Positions 51,711-63,946 of a stretch of 64,000 nt of DNA are shown here, piece after piece. The translations under genes and the position numbers were made by a program. The notes beneath the pieces were generated by a model that saw only the letters and a list, made by a program, of their open reading frames with translations, had not been told where the DNA came from and did no database searches. How positions within the stretch are numbered: position 1 is the stretch's first letter; each line of letters opens with the position of its first letter. The stretch is from Podarcis tiliguerta (Eukaryota): the NCBI GenBank assembly GCA_965153285.1, contig OZ229110.1; one strand, 5' to 3'.

Positions 51711-52754
51711 GGAGTCCCCTTTTCTTTGCTAAGGACCATAAGGTGTTTATTTGCTCATATCTAGTTTATTAATATTATTATTTAATTACAGGCAAAGGCA
51801 GGGGTTGAAGGCAGCACATATTTAGTCTTATCTCCCCTCCCTCCCCAGCAAGATCTGAATAATCACAGCCAAGGAGCCTCCAAGGGGAGACTTTTTCCCT
51901 AAGATTTTCAGCCATGAGGCCTGTTTGTGGGGTCATTCTTATTGTGCTGGAGAGGCAATCCTTGAAAAGGATTATCCCCTCACATGTCTGTATTATATAA
52001 GAAATATGCAGATGTATGCTAAATCTCTAATGAATGTCTAGTTTGACCCTTAGCGACCATGGGCTTGCCTCTAGCCTAGGGTGCTCTAAATCAGGACATT
52101 CCCTTCAGTGCAACCCGCCAAGGTCAGTGGCAGATGGAGCCCGGAGGCAAAAGTGTACAGAATGGCAAATGTACATTTCAACTTTGTCCAGTAAGCTAGT
52201 TTCTACACACACTCACAAACCCCTCTGTAGTCTTCATGCAGAGAAGCAGATATCGAGGATACACTCCAGTCAGGCAAAGTACTTGGGGTGTGAAGTGGGG
52301 CTGGAGAGAGGGGGTTCATCACCCCTGTTGTAAATAGTAGTGTGGGATGCCTCCAGACTCTCACTATTTTGCGGGAGGGATTCAAGCACATGCCAGAACC
52401 TTAGGTATGCACATTTCAAGTGGCCTAAAGGGCTCTGTTGCCCTAGTGGAAAAAATCCACTTTTAAAAATTATTTGGCTTATTTGCTGTTTAGAAAGTGA
52501 TGGAGAAATGCATTGAAAAATGTGGAGTGAACAATTAATTAGCTAAGGGAAAGGCATGTAAGCAACCCACAATCAAACCGGGTGAATGCAGGATGAATGT
52601 TTGTTGTTGTATATCCACCCTGCAAACAAATAGAAATGAATGCTTAATAGAGACTGAAGATAATCTAAGCTCGCTGTAAACTTTGTGTAAGCAAATCAGG
52701 ATGAGTGTAAGCAGCTTGTCTGGAGGGTCTAATTGTCTCTGCTTTTATTGCCAG

Positions 52755-52790
52755 GGTGAACCAGGCTTGCGAGGACCTGTGGGACCAGCA
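52755..52790 (+). CDS. COL18A1: COL18A1 exon GEPGLRGPVGPA (36 bp)
   Basis: tgccag / gtaagt. Confidence 0.92.
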
Positions 52791-53297
52791 GTAAGTTGCA
52801 AAGGGTATCTTTGCTTATATGTGAGGAATTTACACAGATCTAAACATCTGTTAAGCACGAATGACAGAATTAAATTATCCTCTCTGTTGTTGTTATTGTT
52901 GTGTGTGGTATTGCTAGTAGAGCTTTTGTGTAGCTCCTATTTATTTCAGTGTGGTTACTTAGGAAAGTCGAGTCTGCAGCCAAATATTGCAGTGTGTTTT
53001 CATCTCCTAGTAGGAATCCTTCTGTTCAGGTTTCTGCCTGCCCTTTCCCAAGTTACTGTAAGTCATAAGGAGTGTAAGCAGGGTATCCCTCTCCCCTCTG
53101 GTGTATATATTTTGTCAGCACTCACTTCCCTGAGTTTGCTATTGAAGGGAATGATGATTTCCTTGTCTTCTGCTTCCATTTGGAATTATAATCCTGTAGC
53201 CAGCCGATGCTATTACATCACAGATATTGCAGGAACTCTCATTTACAATCTCTTGCCATCTTTCTAAGCCTGCCTTTTCTCTCTGTTCTTCTTCTAG

Positions 53298-53351
53298 GGG
53301 CCACCTGGGCGGCATGGACAGAAAGGAGAAATCGGCTTTCCTGGAAGACCT
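53298..53351 (+). CDS. COL18A1: COL18A1 exon GPPGRHGQKGEIGFPGRP (54 bp)
   Basis: cttctag / gtaaga. Confidence 0.94.
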
Positions 53352-54317
53352 GTAAGAATTTTTATTTTTAGATTGTCCTCAAGTGTACATTCCCTTATCA
53401 TAAACGGAATGGGGGAAGAGAAGTAAATTCATCCACCTCTAGAATAGTCACTGTTGCCTCTCTGCTAGATAGAAATATGAAGGGAAGCTGCAGAAATCAG
53501 ACTCCAGCATTAATTCACTCCAGACTGAACCATTATCAAAAGGGGATCCTAGGTAAAAGGATGCAAGTGCCATAAGAAACACTCAGTGGCTCTGCATGCA
53601 CCTGGAAGTGGAATTATGCTTCTGGGTCCCCTCAGCTGGCACTCCCTCCTGCCATAAGCATGGAGGCTCTGGGTACATTTAGATACAACAGGACCATCCA
53701 CTTTCCTGTCTCACATTCTGCTGAGATCCTGCCATGCTGCATCTACCAACACAAGGTTTGTCCCTGCATTCCTTTCTTCAGGGTTGTCTTTCTCCAGTCA
53801 GGATGAACCTGCCCTTCTCCTGATCCTACAAGCTCCTCTTTCCACCATCTTGTTCAACAGAGTGGCTCTGGCTTGGTTACTGTCTCTATGTCTTGCTGGT
53901 GTGTGACAGTGCTTTTTAAGGACAGAGGTTTGTCATGTGACACCAGCAAAATCTGCCATGAGCTTCCTTCAGGGACCTATGAAAGTACCAAGGGTTTCAC
54001 CTGCTGTTTGTTCCCTTTAATTCTAACTTCATATCGACAGCTCTGGCCTTCCCAGTTAAATCATCTATTCGAGGCAGAACCGCAACATAGTTTTACCTAC
54101 TCTTGAGGCATTTAGTTTCAGGAGTAGTATGTAGGAGCTCCCCATAGAGAAATTGTGAGATCTCAGGAGATTCTTCTCTCTTTGCCCTTTCACTTCACCC
54201 GATGGGAGCACAAAAGGTGATGTTTGTAGCGCTCTTTGTGCTCTGGATCCTCATTAGTGCTGTGTCATTACAAGGGTCCATTAAGCTGACTCAGCAGTGG
54301 CTTTTTGTCCTTTGCAG

Positions 54318-54392
54318 GGCCGACCTGGTATGAACGGGTTGAAAGGAGAAAAAGGTGACCCAGCAGACGCAAGTGGAGGGCTGGGCTTAAGG
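54318..54392 (+). CDS. COL18A1: COL18A1 exon [25 protein letters not shown] (75 bp)
   Basis: tttgcag / gtaagt. Confidence 0.94.
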
Positions 54393-55315
54393 GTAAGTGG
54401 AAAACGGACACATCTCTCTGCATGGTGCAGTTTATGCAGCGCTGCTAGCTTTGATGGCCTTTGTATCCCACTGTAACCCCGAGCACGAGCATCATCAGAC
54501 TCTGTTATGAGAGAAGAAAAAGGTCTCACGCCTCCCCAAGGGGCACCTGAAAACGACCTTGCTCTTGTCCTAGTGTGGCTGCAAGTATCCAAATGCAGCA
54601 GTGGCCAAGCATTTTTGTGAGAGCACTATTTCTCATGTGTGCTGCATCCCCTTTGCCTTGGAGTGATTTTGCTTCTGGTCTACTTATAATCAGTGAGCAG
54701 GCAGCAGCACAGCACAGCATTGGGGAGGCAAGCAAAATCATAGGCCTAATTCTGTGCTGTTGCCAGACCCCTGGGCTGTCATGCGCCAGTCCAAGAGTGC
54801 CATAACCACCCACCATGTAGACTCTAGTAAAGCAATGCTAATCCTGGTCCATGCACTGCAAGAACAATTTTGTCAAGTATATTGTGTGCGAACGCTCTGA
54901 TTTCCTCTGCTGTTGCAGATGGAATAATGAAATATTTGAAGCCTGGAGTCTGGGATTTGGGGGAAGTATTGTCTGTGGGTGGTGGAAAGAAACACAAACC
55001 TTGTTTGTTTTTGTAAATGCCGATGACATGCATAAGGAGGTGGAACAGAGTGCAGGATGAATTCCACTGGCTGTGTCATCTTCCTGCCTTCCACCTTTTG
55101 AGTTGACCGCAAGTCCCGGAAGTAGAGACAATGCCACATCGCACAATCTTGTGTTCCAGTTCCAGTTAAAACCAGGAGCAGCACCCACCACCCACAGGGT
55201 GGTCGCAGAATTGTCACTGTTGAGTGGATATTGGTTGTTCTGTTCAGTCTGTTCTGTTCTCAGTCAGTTCCCCACATAATTAATGGGATGTCTGTTTTTC
55301 TCTTCCTCTCTCTAG

Positions 55316-55390
55316 GGTCCTCCAGGGCTCCCTGGACCTCCTGGCCCCCCAGGTCCTCCGGGCAGCATAGTGCCTATTTATGACAACAAT
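55316..55390 (+). CDS. COL18A1: COL18A1 exon [25 protein letters not shown] (75 bp)
   Basis: tctctag / gtgagt. Confidence 0.94.
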
Positions 55391-55533
55391 GTGAGTAATG
55401 GCCTAAGTGCATTTTCCTTGCTGGGGGGAAACACGTGGAAATGCCAGAAACTGAATGTCTTGTTAGTTATACATTGATAGGGTAATAATGTATTTCATGG
55501 GGGGATTTATTTATTTATTTTTTGCAACTTCAG

Positions 55534-55576
55534 GCATTTGGTGAAGTGGGACCACCCGGGCCTCCAGGATTGCCTG
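55534..55576 (+). CDS. COL18A1: COL18A1 exon [14 protein letters not shown](G) (43 bp, phase 1 end)
   Basis: cttcag / gtaagg. Confidence 0.92.
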
Positions 55577-56245
55577 GTAAGGATGTTGCAGAAGCGGTTA
55601 AAGCATGGGGTTGGATGATAAAGATTGGCTTTCCCCATCAGATTCCTGGGGTGAATCCTTCTATAGAAGCAGGAAAGGGTGGATTCATAATTCCTTTTCC
55701 ATGGTGCTCTATGAGTCACCATTAAAGACTTCCCATATTAATGCCAGTCTTTGCACAAGTAGGCATTGGGACCTGCTGGCCTGCCAGCCTGATCCAGCCC
55801 ACCAAACCTTTCCTGGTTGCACACCAGCCCCCTGAACCAATATGGTGGCAGTAGCAATGCCGCTAGAGAAAAAAATGGTGTAGAGCACTGGTGGGAACAC
55901 AGCTGTTTTCACCCTTATCATGATACTTGGCTGGGTGGGGTGTTTGCAGATCATCCCATCTGATGAGTGGGCACATGTCAGCTATGGGGCAGCCATCATG
56001 CGGCTCACAGCATTGCAGGGTGATGTGGCCCTTGCACCTGGAAAGATTAGCTACCCTTGCTGTACAGAGCCATAACATTGTTTCCTTCTAAAAGGCATTG
56101 GAATCATTTTAATCTGAACCGAATGTGCAATTAATACCCTTGCATGATAGTATAAATCAGTACGTTCCTCTAGTGGTTCTGGAAGTTTTGGCCTTCTCAC
56201 TGGCTCTTGGGGATTGTCTAGCCTTATGCCAGGACTTTGTTTCAG

Positions 56246-56308
56246 GCTACCATGGTTCTGCTGGTCCGAAGGGAGAAAAAGGTGATGTGGGTCCTCCTGG
56301 GCCCCCAG
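56246..56308 (+). CDS. COL18A1: COL18A1 exon (G)YHGSAGPKGEKGDVGPPGPP(G) (63 bp)
   Basis: tttcag / gtaaga. Phase 1-1. Confidence 0.92.
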
Positions 56309-57169
56309 GTAAGATTTCCTGCAGTGTTGCTACTTGCATTTAACTTCCACCTTTTAACCAACACTTACCAAGAGCTATCATGGATTCATGAGCTAGTGGC
56401 AGTCATGGAAGCCTCTTGTGACTTGGCTCATGTGCTTGAGCCGTGTGGCACTCAACCACACACCTCCAATTGCACACCTCCAGTTAACCTCCCTGCTCCT
56501 GCCTTAGACCTGTAGCATGCTGTGGTTTAGGTTATTCTGAGGTGGCTGCACCACACAAGTTCTTGCTTTGCAGCAGGTTTCTGTCGCTATTAGCCTATTG
56601 TCCCTATTTTATGTCTCTTGCTAGGTGCATCCAACAGCTTTTGTACAGGCTAGTTCTTGCACTGCTTACAAAATCTAAGACCTGCAGGGCTGGAATAAAC
56701 CTGGTGTCATCTAGTCAAGTTACATGCACCGGTGGCACCTTCACTACCTTAAGCATAGAAGCCAGAGATCAAACCTATGTACAAAGCAGGCAACAGACGT
56801 ACCTCTGAGCTATGGCCCCTCCTTTTCGTTGTGCAGGAAGCCAAAGCCTAGCTGAGCTTGTCTGTATCCTCCTGGAGAAAAATCTGTAAAAGTTACGCAC
56901 AGTGCAAGCCTTATCGGTACAAGTACAAGGCTAATTAGCACAAGCTAAAATAATGCATTTTACATGAGTACTGCTTCCAAATTTTTCACCCAGTGAAAAA
57001 CAAAAGCCCTTTCCATACAGTCATAAATGGCTGGGTTGTGCCATGAAGGCCCATCATAAGAGAAAGATCCAAAGATCATAATGGAAAGAAGCCCCACAGT
57101 GAGCAGAGTTGGTTTCTTTGCCGTTACGAACTTCTCATTCTTCTCCCTTTCTTCTCCGTTTGTCACAAG

Positions 57170-57213
57170 GCCAGTTCCCTTATGATCTCAGCAGATTTGG
57201 CTCCACCTTCAGG
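57170..57213 (+). CDS. COL18A1: COL18A1 exon (G)QFPYDLSRFGSTFR (44 bp)
   Basis: Pyrimidine tract + aag acceptor / gtaagt. GQFP.D motif. Confidence 0.9.
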
Positions 57214-57996
57214 GTAAGTGTCTGCCATTTGGGAGGAATATACAGATTTAAAAAGAAGCTTAAGGGGTTTTGCTGGGGGAGGACACACTAGGATGACAAA
57301 CAGGTTTGGGCTGATATGCATTTAATGAGGCCAGGGTCACAGGGAAAGGCAAAAAGCCTTTTTGTTTGATTTACTATTTGCTTCTAAACTTTACAAGCTG
57401 CCTTTTGGGGTAACTACCCTTGTAAGGTGGCTTTCAGTGATTAAAATAAAAAATCGAAGGACAGCAAAGAAATTACAAAGACCATCGTACAATACAAAAA
57501 CATAAAGCTTTATAACCAGCCGTCATCATCACAACCAGCATAATACAATTTAAAAGCAGTTATTTTATCTAAGATATTTTGAATTATTGTATTTTTTTCT
57601 CTCGCTCTTCCCCTTTGTCAGTTTTGATGGTTTTCACATTAGTTGCCCCTGAATATTGCTGAAGCTTCAGCTAGGAGGTATCTTCACCTGTCATTACCAT
57701 GGCTGAACAACTGAAGTTCAACTGGTGTATTGGTGCTGGGTGCAAGATGTAGGAGAGAGAGAGGTCTACCCAATGAACCTATTTTACCCAAATATTCTCT
57801 AATGTGAAGGACCACTCTGACTTGTGCCTAGAAAGCATGAGTCAAGCAGAAAACTGCTTGGACCCGTTTTCTAGGCACTGCACAAGGGGAAATGTGGACA
57901 AGCCAGAGGAACAAGTCTAGAAGGAAATAGTGCTAATCTTGGAGAATGCATTTTGTTTGGCCACTGTATATTTACTTATTTAATATCTTTCCATAG

Positions 57997-58119
57997 GGAG
58001 AAAGAGGGGACAGAGGGGACCCAGGGCTGAAAGGTGAAAAGGGTGAGCCAGGCGGAGGAGGATTGTTTGGATCAAGTGCTGTTGGACCCCCAGGCCCCCC
58101 AGGATATCCTGGTCTTCCG
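57997..58119 (+). CDS. COL18A1: COL18A1 exon [27 protein letters not shown]...GYPGLP (123 bp)
   Basis: ccatag / gtgaga. Confidence 0.94.
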
Positions 58120-58837
58120 GTGAGATACCCCACACTGCACTGTTACGAGGGTTGATGGCCAACATCTTTCTACCACGGGATAGTCTTCTGCATTCTATAA
58201 TACTTTCCAAGGCAGGGGAAACGGAGTGTGCAAGTGGCACCTTTGGTAGGGGATTTGGGCAGAGAAGGATAAGCACCCAATCTCCAAAGTGCAGAAGTTC
58301 TCAAGTGCATTGCAGTCCCTGCCAGTAGGCAGAGTAGGATAGCTGCCACAGGTGGCAGAATTTGTTTTACATCATCCTGATGGTGGGGAGGAGAGGCCTT
58401 GCTTTGTGAATAGCCTTCTCTTATCCCATGAGGCTGTCCACCATTACAAATGCTGTTTTGCCCAGAGTGGCAAAAGCAGTGGAGACTGTAGTAGCAGGCG
58501 GGAGAACAAGGGAAGTGAGAGAGGAGGCAGGTTGTGGAACGGGCACCTGGAGTGGAAAGGTTACTGGTTGTTAGAGCTTTGGATAATTTACCTTGGGGCA
58601 TGGAGCTAAACTCTGACATTTCCTTTGCTCCATCTGCTGCTGGGCCTAGGAAGCTGGAAGAGGAATGTGTTTGTGTGGGGCAATGGAAGGAGAAAGGGGG
58701 AGGAAGGATTAGAACTATGCATTTGGTTATGAATGTAATTAATTGCTTAGGCGGATCAGTACCGGCAGGTGGATGTTTCTGCCATTGAGTAAAACTTCAG
58801 TGTTTCTAATATACATGTATGTCATTTGCTTCTTCAG

Positions 58838-58991
58838 GGCCCCAAAGGGGACAGTATTAGAGGGGCCCCTGGCCCTCCTGGCCCCCAAGGGCCTCCTGGT
58901 GCAGGATTTGAGGGGCGTCCAGGGACCCCAGGACCCCCAGGTCCACCTGGCCCTCCAGGACCCCCTTCCTTTCCAGGACCCCATAGGCAAT
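58838..58991 (+). CDS. COL18A1: COL18A1 exon GPKGDSIRG...PSFPGPHRQ (154 bp, phase 1 end)
   Basis: cttcag / gtgagt. Confidence 0.94.
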
Positions 58992-59108
58992 GTGAGTAGA
59001 TACCTGATCCTTTCCCAGCTACTCATTGCAAATGGCCCTGCTTTAGGCCTTAAAAACAAGCTTTGTGCAAATATACCAGGTTTAGCTCTGGGTTCGTTTC
59101 CTTTCCAG

Positions 59109-59185
59109 CGATCAGTATTCCTGGGCCACCGGGGCCACCAGGACCACCGGGAACTCCAGGCACCAGTGATACATCATCTTCTGGG
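59109..59185 (+). CDS. COL18A1: COL18A1 exon (S)[25 protein letters not shown] (77 bp, last collagenous segment)
   Basis: tttccag / gtaaga. Confidence 0.93.
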
Positions 59186-59803
59186 GTAAGAAAAAGAGGC
59201 AGTGGGTCACTGCAGCCTACACAGTGGTGTTCCTTTCGTGGGGGTGGAGCAAGTTGCCTTCCTATGGGTGGCCCTGATGGGTTTTGCTCAAGCAAGGATT
59301 TAACAAATTGGCTAGAGATTGCCGCTGCCAGAGTGATTGATGATGCTCCGTCTATGAACACGGACAACCATTTATTGTCCAATAGGAGCAGCAGCAGCTG
59401 CTGCTGCTGCTAGCCCTGCAAATAGGAACAGCTGTTGCTAGTTCTGGAAAGCTCTAGGGTGTTAATTGAAAGGAACGCCACTCCAATTTCTGGGAATTAC
59501 GACAAAAATTTGTTGTAATAGACATGATAACACTGTAAGAGTGATGAACGTGAAGTTTGTCATTGGCTTCTGGCATCTGGCTTGTGAATCTGACTGTAAC
59601 TGTGACCCATTATAACTCAGGTGCTCTCTATTTGATGAAGAACCCTGTGTGATTAAAGCAAGGGCTGTCATCAATATGCCCGCAGTTTACAAGCGCACCA
59701 AATATAAATTGTGTTAATGGTGAGCCACCACCTCGTACTTCAGACTGATGAATGGCTGTGCCCTTTTCGTTGTCCCTTTTTCAAATGATTTGTTTTCCGG
59801 CAG

Positions 59804-59932
59804 CTGCGAATCTTGCCAACCTATCAGAGCATGATGGGCAGAGCGCATGAGGTGCCAGAAGGACAGCTCCTTTTCATCCGGGACAGGGAAGAGCTGTACA
59901 TCCGTGTCCGCAGTGGTTTCAGGAGAGTCCTT
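59804..59932 (+). CDS. COL18A1: COL18A1 NC1 trimerization-domain exon LRILPTYQSMMGRAHEVPEGQLLFIRDREELYIRVRSGFRRVL (129 bp)
   Basis: ggcag / gtgagt. HEVPEG..F....EELY.RV..GFR.V motif. Confidence 0.95.
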
Positions 59933-60535
59933 GTGAGTATGATGTGTGTGAACACAGCAGTCTTGGGCTAAGACTGTAGGTGGACTACTACCTTGGAGAG
60001 CGGTCTTTCTCTGTGGGGTATTGGCAGACGCTCAGAGTAATGCAGAACCAACTGCTAATTTATACACACAGAGAGAATGCAATGCCAGGAAGAAATGCTC
60101 CCTTGTGGCGATGAATGCGCTTCCTCTGGCTTGATTTGGAAGAAGCTTACTTGAAACAATTTGATATGGGATCCATAGACATTGTTTCCTCCTTACCAAA
60201 TGAATTCCTGGATAAGTTTCAGGTTGCAACAACTACAGCTTTATTTCATTCTGGCAAATGTTCCCTTTCCCTCCAAAACCAAATATGCATTTGAAAATAG
60301 CAAAATTCATCCTAAAGAATAAGAGTAATAGGGTGTTGGTGGTATAGAGTGAACAGTGAGCTGGGAATTCCCTAGATGAAATATTTCCTCAACCATGAAT
60401 TCACTGGGTGGTCTTAGGGAAGACTTCAGATCTGCAATTTGGAGATAATGCCAACCTATGGTTCTTATAAGTGTTACAAAGCAAGCAAAACACATCATAT
60501 AAATGCTATAATGACTTATTCTGGTTTAATTTCAG

Positions 60536-60571
60536 CTTGAGGAAAGAATATCCATCTCTGGCCCTGGGCTG
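60536..60571 (+). CDS. COL18A1: COL18A1 exon LEERISISGPGL (36 bp)
   Basis: atttcag / gtaagt. Confidence 0.88.
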
Positions 60572-61031
60572 GTAAGTGAAACATTATTACCTGGTGTTGT
60601 AGCATGGACTGGGTCTATTGTGGGTCATTCCAAGCTTGCTAGGAGTTTTGAGATCCAGGGATTAGCAATCTTTTCAATGTTCTTTAGTGCTTGGATTTCA
60701 ATACATGGTGATCTATATGGTACACTCGGGTATAGATCAGGGGAAATCCAAATGAGGCATGTCATGCAGGGGGAGTGTGACTTGAATGATCAGGTCCACA
60801 GTGGGCTACTAAGGATTTTGTATCACCCGTACTGGGATGCAGCTGGCTGTTATTCAGACTGGTGGTGTACATGCTTGGCTCTGCTGGTAATGCAGCCAGA
60901 TGATTGTGCTGCGAGTGGCAGGAAGTGGGGGTGGGGGTGCCTGTATCTGACCTGTGCTCTTCTGTGAGACGGACCCCCTAAGAGGACACTTAGAAAGGGT
61001 TCTAGGAACATTTCCCTTCATTCTGCTGCAG

Positions 61032-61349
61032 GACAATGAGGTATATGATAGGCCTCCCAATGTCCACTACTCCCATGGAGGAACGGCTTCATCATCTGGA
61101 TCCCAGCGCCCCTTCCAACAGCATTTGCCTGTGCATTCCCACCGAGAATACAGCGCCTACTCCACTGCCAAGCCCTGGAGAGGGGATGAGAGTGTGGCCA
61201 ACCAGCATCGCCTTCCTGAGCAACCTGCCATCCACCAGCCACACCAGGGAGCCCAGCACCAGCAGGAGCCACTGAATGCCTTCTTCCTCAACCGCCAGCC
61301 TGATACTGCTCCTTCTGCCGTCCACACCCACCATGACTTCCAGCCCGCT
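61032..61349 (+). CDS. COL18A1: COL18A1 NC1 hinge exon DNEVYDRPP...HTHHDFQPA (318 bp)
   Basis: ctgcag / gtgagt. Ends in the endostatin N-terminal zinc-binding HxH motif. Confidence 0.94.
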
Positions 61350-62281
61350 GTGAGTGCCCTGCACACGTTGGCAGAGTCCCCTGCTGCAGTTTGGTGTTTT
61401 GCCTGGGTGGCTGCCTCAATTGGCCCTACATAAAGACACTGAGTGGGCACCAAAGGGTCCCCTGCCTCCTGACTTCCATTGTGAAGTGTTCCTCTGTATA
61501 GGTTGTCCACCTAGCTTAGCATGACGGTCTGCCACTAGCAATGAGGAGTCTGAATGGGCTTCTTTGCCAGCTGCGAATGAGCAAGAGGCCCCTTCAAGAA
61601 TCCAAATCAAACATCGAAACCTCTGAATGGTGTGAGTTCAGGGCTTGAAGGGCCCAGTCCCCTCAGAGGGTGTCTGCATCCTGCATCCCTTTGCTTCAGA
61701 TGTAGGCAGCCAGTCAACAACATACTCACTCCATCCCAGGCTGGGAGGCTGCTCCATGGGGCCACCCTATGCTTAAAACTTGGTATAGGATGCCTTTGAA
61801 GAAGAGACTACAGAGGTGACAAGCTGGCTAGGCCACAACCACACAATATATCCAGTTCTCATTTGATGGAATGCATCCCAGAGCCATGTCACAATAGCTT
61901 TGACGAGGGCGAGGATGTTACTACATTCTATATCCTCTGCATTTTAGTTATTTGACTGCTTTGTGGACATAGCCATTGAATAGGCAACTACTTCGGAAAT
62001 GTCCGCCCAACAATGAATGATTTCCAGTGAGAGAAATAACAGGGCTGGCCTCTCATGATTCTCAGGAGTCCCAGAAAGCAGCAGCAGCAGCAGCAGCAGG
62101 AATCAAGGTGCAAAGACCCCCAACCCCCATGCTCAGCCCCATTGCTAACTGGCTGCTTGTATTGTGGTGGCCAGACATTCCTCCCCTTGCATTCTTAGCA
62201 CCTCTGTCAATTGCACTGAGAGCTCCCTTGTGTACTGGTACAGGCTCCCTCTCATGTGTGGTCATCTTCTTGCTTTTCCAG

Positions 62282-62479
62282 CTCCACCTCATAGCCCTGA
62301 ACACTCCCCTGAGTGGCAGCATGCGGGGCATCCGAGGAGCTGACTTCCAGTGCTTCCAGCAAGCCAGGGAGGTTGGACTGACGGGCACCTTCCGAGCGTT
62401 CCTCTCCTCCCGACTGCAAGACCTCTACAGCATAGTGCGCAGAGCAGACAGGGGCACGGTGCCTATTGTCAACCTCAGG
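62282..62479 (+). CDS. COL18A1: COL18A1 endostatin exon [25 protein letters not shown]...VPIVNLR (198 bp)
   Basis: tttccag / gtatgt. Endostatin signature. Confidence 0.97.
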
Positions 62480-63046
62480 GTATGTCTGGTCAGAGGCCTG
62501 AGCAAACACAACTCTTCGTGACAGCAGAAGGCAAACATGAAGCTCAGCGATGGGATTGCTGTTTTCCTTTCCTGCCCCTGTGTAGGATTGCAACCTCTAA
62601 GTGGTGTTAATTGAGGCTAGAACTACACATCAAGACTAGTGGTCAGGGGCAAACCTGCAAGGCAGCATCATCTCTTAACACCTAATGTTTATTTACTTTT
62701 TATAAAAAGGTTTAAACCAACTTTGAAAAGTTTGAGAATGCTGGTAATACCTGTATCTTTAATACTTGATCTGTAATGCAGACCAAGCCGTCACCTTGAA
62801 TACTTCTGTAAAGAGCTGCCTTGCATTGAACTGAGAGACTGGCAGCTGTCCTTCCAGGTTCTCAGGCAGGGCCCTTTCCCAGACCAGTTGCTTAAGATAC
62901 TTTAAACCATAGGCACCAGGGAGTGAACCTGGGACATGCAAGGTCTTGTCCATGGAAAGGGCAGCCTGTCTCAAAGTTATCAGACAGGCAGAAAGTATTC
63001 TCAGAGCAGTTACATTATTACATTGCCCGTTTCTGTTCCTTTCCAG

Positions 63047-63162
63047 GATGAATTGTTGTTTAATAACTGGGAGAATCTTTTCTCCGGCACTGATGCTCCA
63101 TTCAGAACTGGGGTTCGCATCTTCTCCTTTGACGGAAGGGATGTCCTGAGAGACTCTGCATG
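63047..63162 (+). CDS. COL18A1: COL18A1 endostatin exon [14 protein letters not shown]...RDSA(W) (116 bp, phase 2 end)
   Basis: ttccag / gtaggt. Confidence 0.96.
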
Positions 63163-63732
63163 GTAGGTGGGGGAAATGGTTTTGTTTGTCTGAAGATCTG
63201 GGAATGTGCGACGGTTGCAGGTTTGCTGCCCCTCCAGCTGGGCCTGGCCTCTCTGGCTCTGCAACTCCAAGGGCATCAAAGAAGATTCCTTTGTTTATAA
63301 AGAGCAGGCAAAGAGAAGAGGAATGTGTTTGCTATCTTGTATTCTTTTTCCAGCCCCATGTGATGCTTCTCTTGGGGCAGGTTTTCAGGAAAGAAATGTT
63401 TAGACGCCAAGCGGGTCGGCTACGCCAAGCATTTTATGTTGCCCCAGCAGTATAGTAGTCACGTGTAGCATTATTTTCCTTCCCAAAAGACTGTCTAAGG
63501 TCAAGAAGTGGAGTAAGTGTCCCAGGTATCTTATCCCAAGGCTGGCAGCAGTTCATTCCTACAAGATGCTAGCCAGACCAACTGCCCCCACTTTATGTGG
63601 CAGGAATATGTGGCTTTGAGAGTCAACACTGTATAGAGCCCATGAAGCATCAGCCCAAGGGGAGCTGTGATTGCTGGGGCACCTGCAGCCACTTACGTGT
63701 GAAACAACCCCTAATACTCTGGTGTGTTTCAG

Positions 63733-63946
63733 GCCTCAGAAATCCGTGTGGCACGGCTCTGACTCAAAGGGACGGCGGCTAACAGAGAGCTACTGTGAGA
63801 CCTGGCGGACAGATGACACGGTGGTGACAGGGCAGGCTTCCTCGCTGGCGTCGGGCAAGCTGCTCGAGCAGAAGAGCAGCAGCTGCAAGAACGCCTTCAT
63901 CGTCCTCTGCATTGAAAACAGCTTCATGACTTCTTCCAAGAAATAA
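63733..63946 (+). CDS. COL18A1: COL18A1 last coding exon (W)[10 protein letters not shown]...[14 protein letters not shown]
   Basis: tttcag acceptor. TAA at 63944-63946. Endostatin cysteines present. Confidence 0.97.

Larger units (their letters stand above)
12103..63946 (+). other. COL18A1: COL18A1 gene span, 5' incomplete (41 coding exons: TSPN, interrupted Gly-X-Y domains, trimerization domain, hinge, endostatin)
   Basis: The spliced translation follows the collagen XVIII domain order and motifs ([92 protein letters not shown]). Exon lengths sum to 4100 nt = 2 + 1366 codons including the stop. Confidence 0.97.

Noticed and set aside
12103-63946. Identification as the paralog COL15A1
   Set aside because: The HxH zinc-motif endostatin start, DMEGSG motifs in the collagenous interruptions, the short N-terminal spacer and the ...IENSFMT end fit collagen XVIII better.
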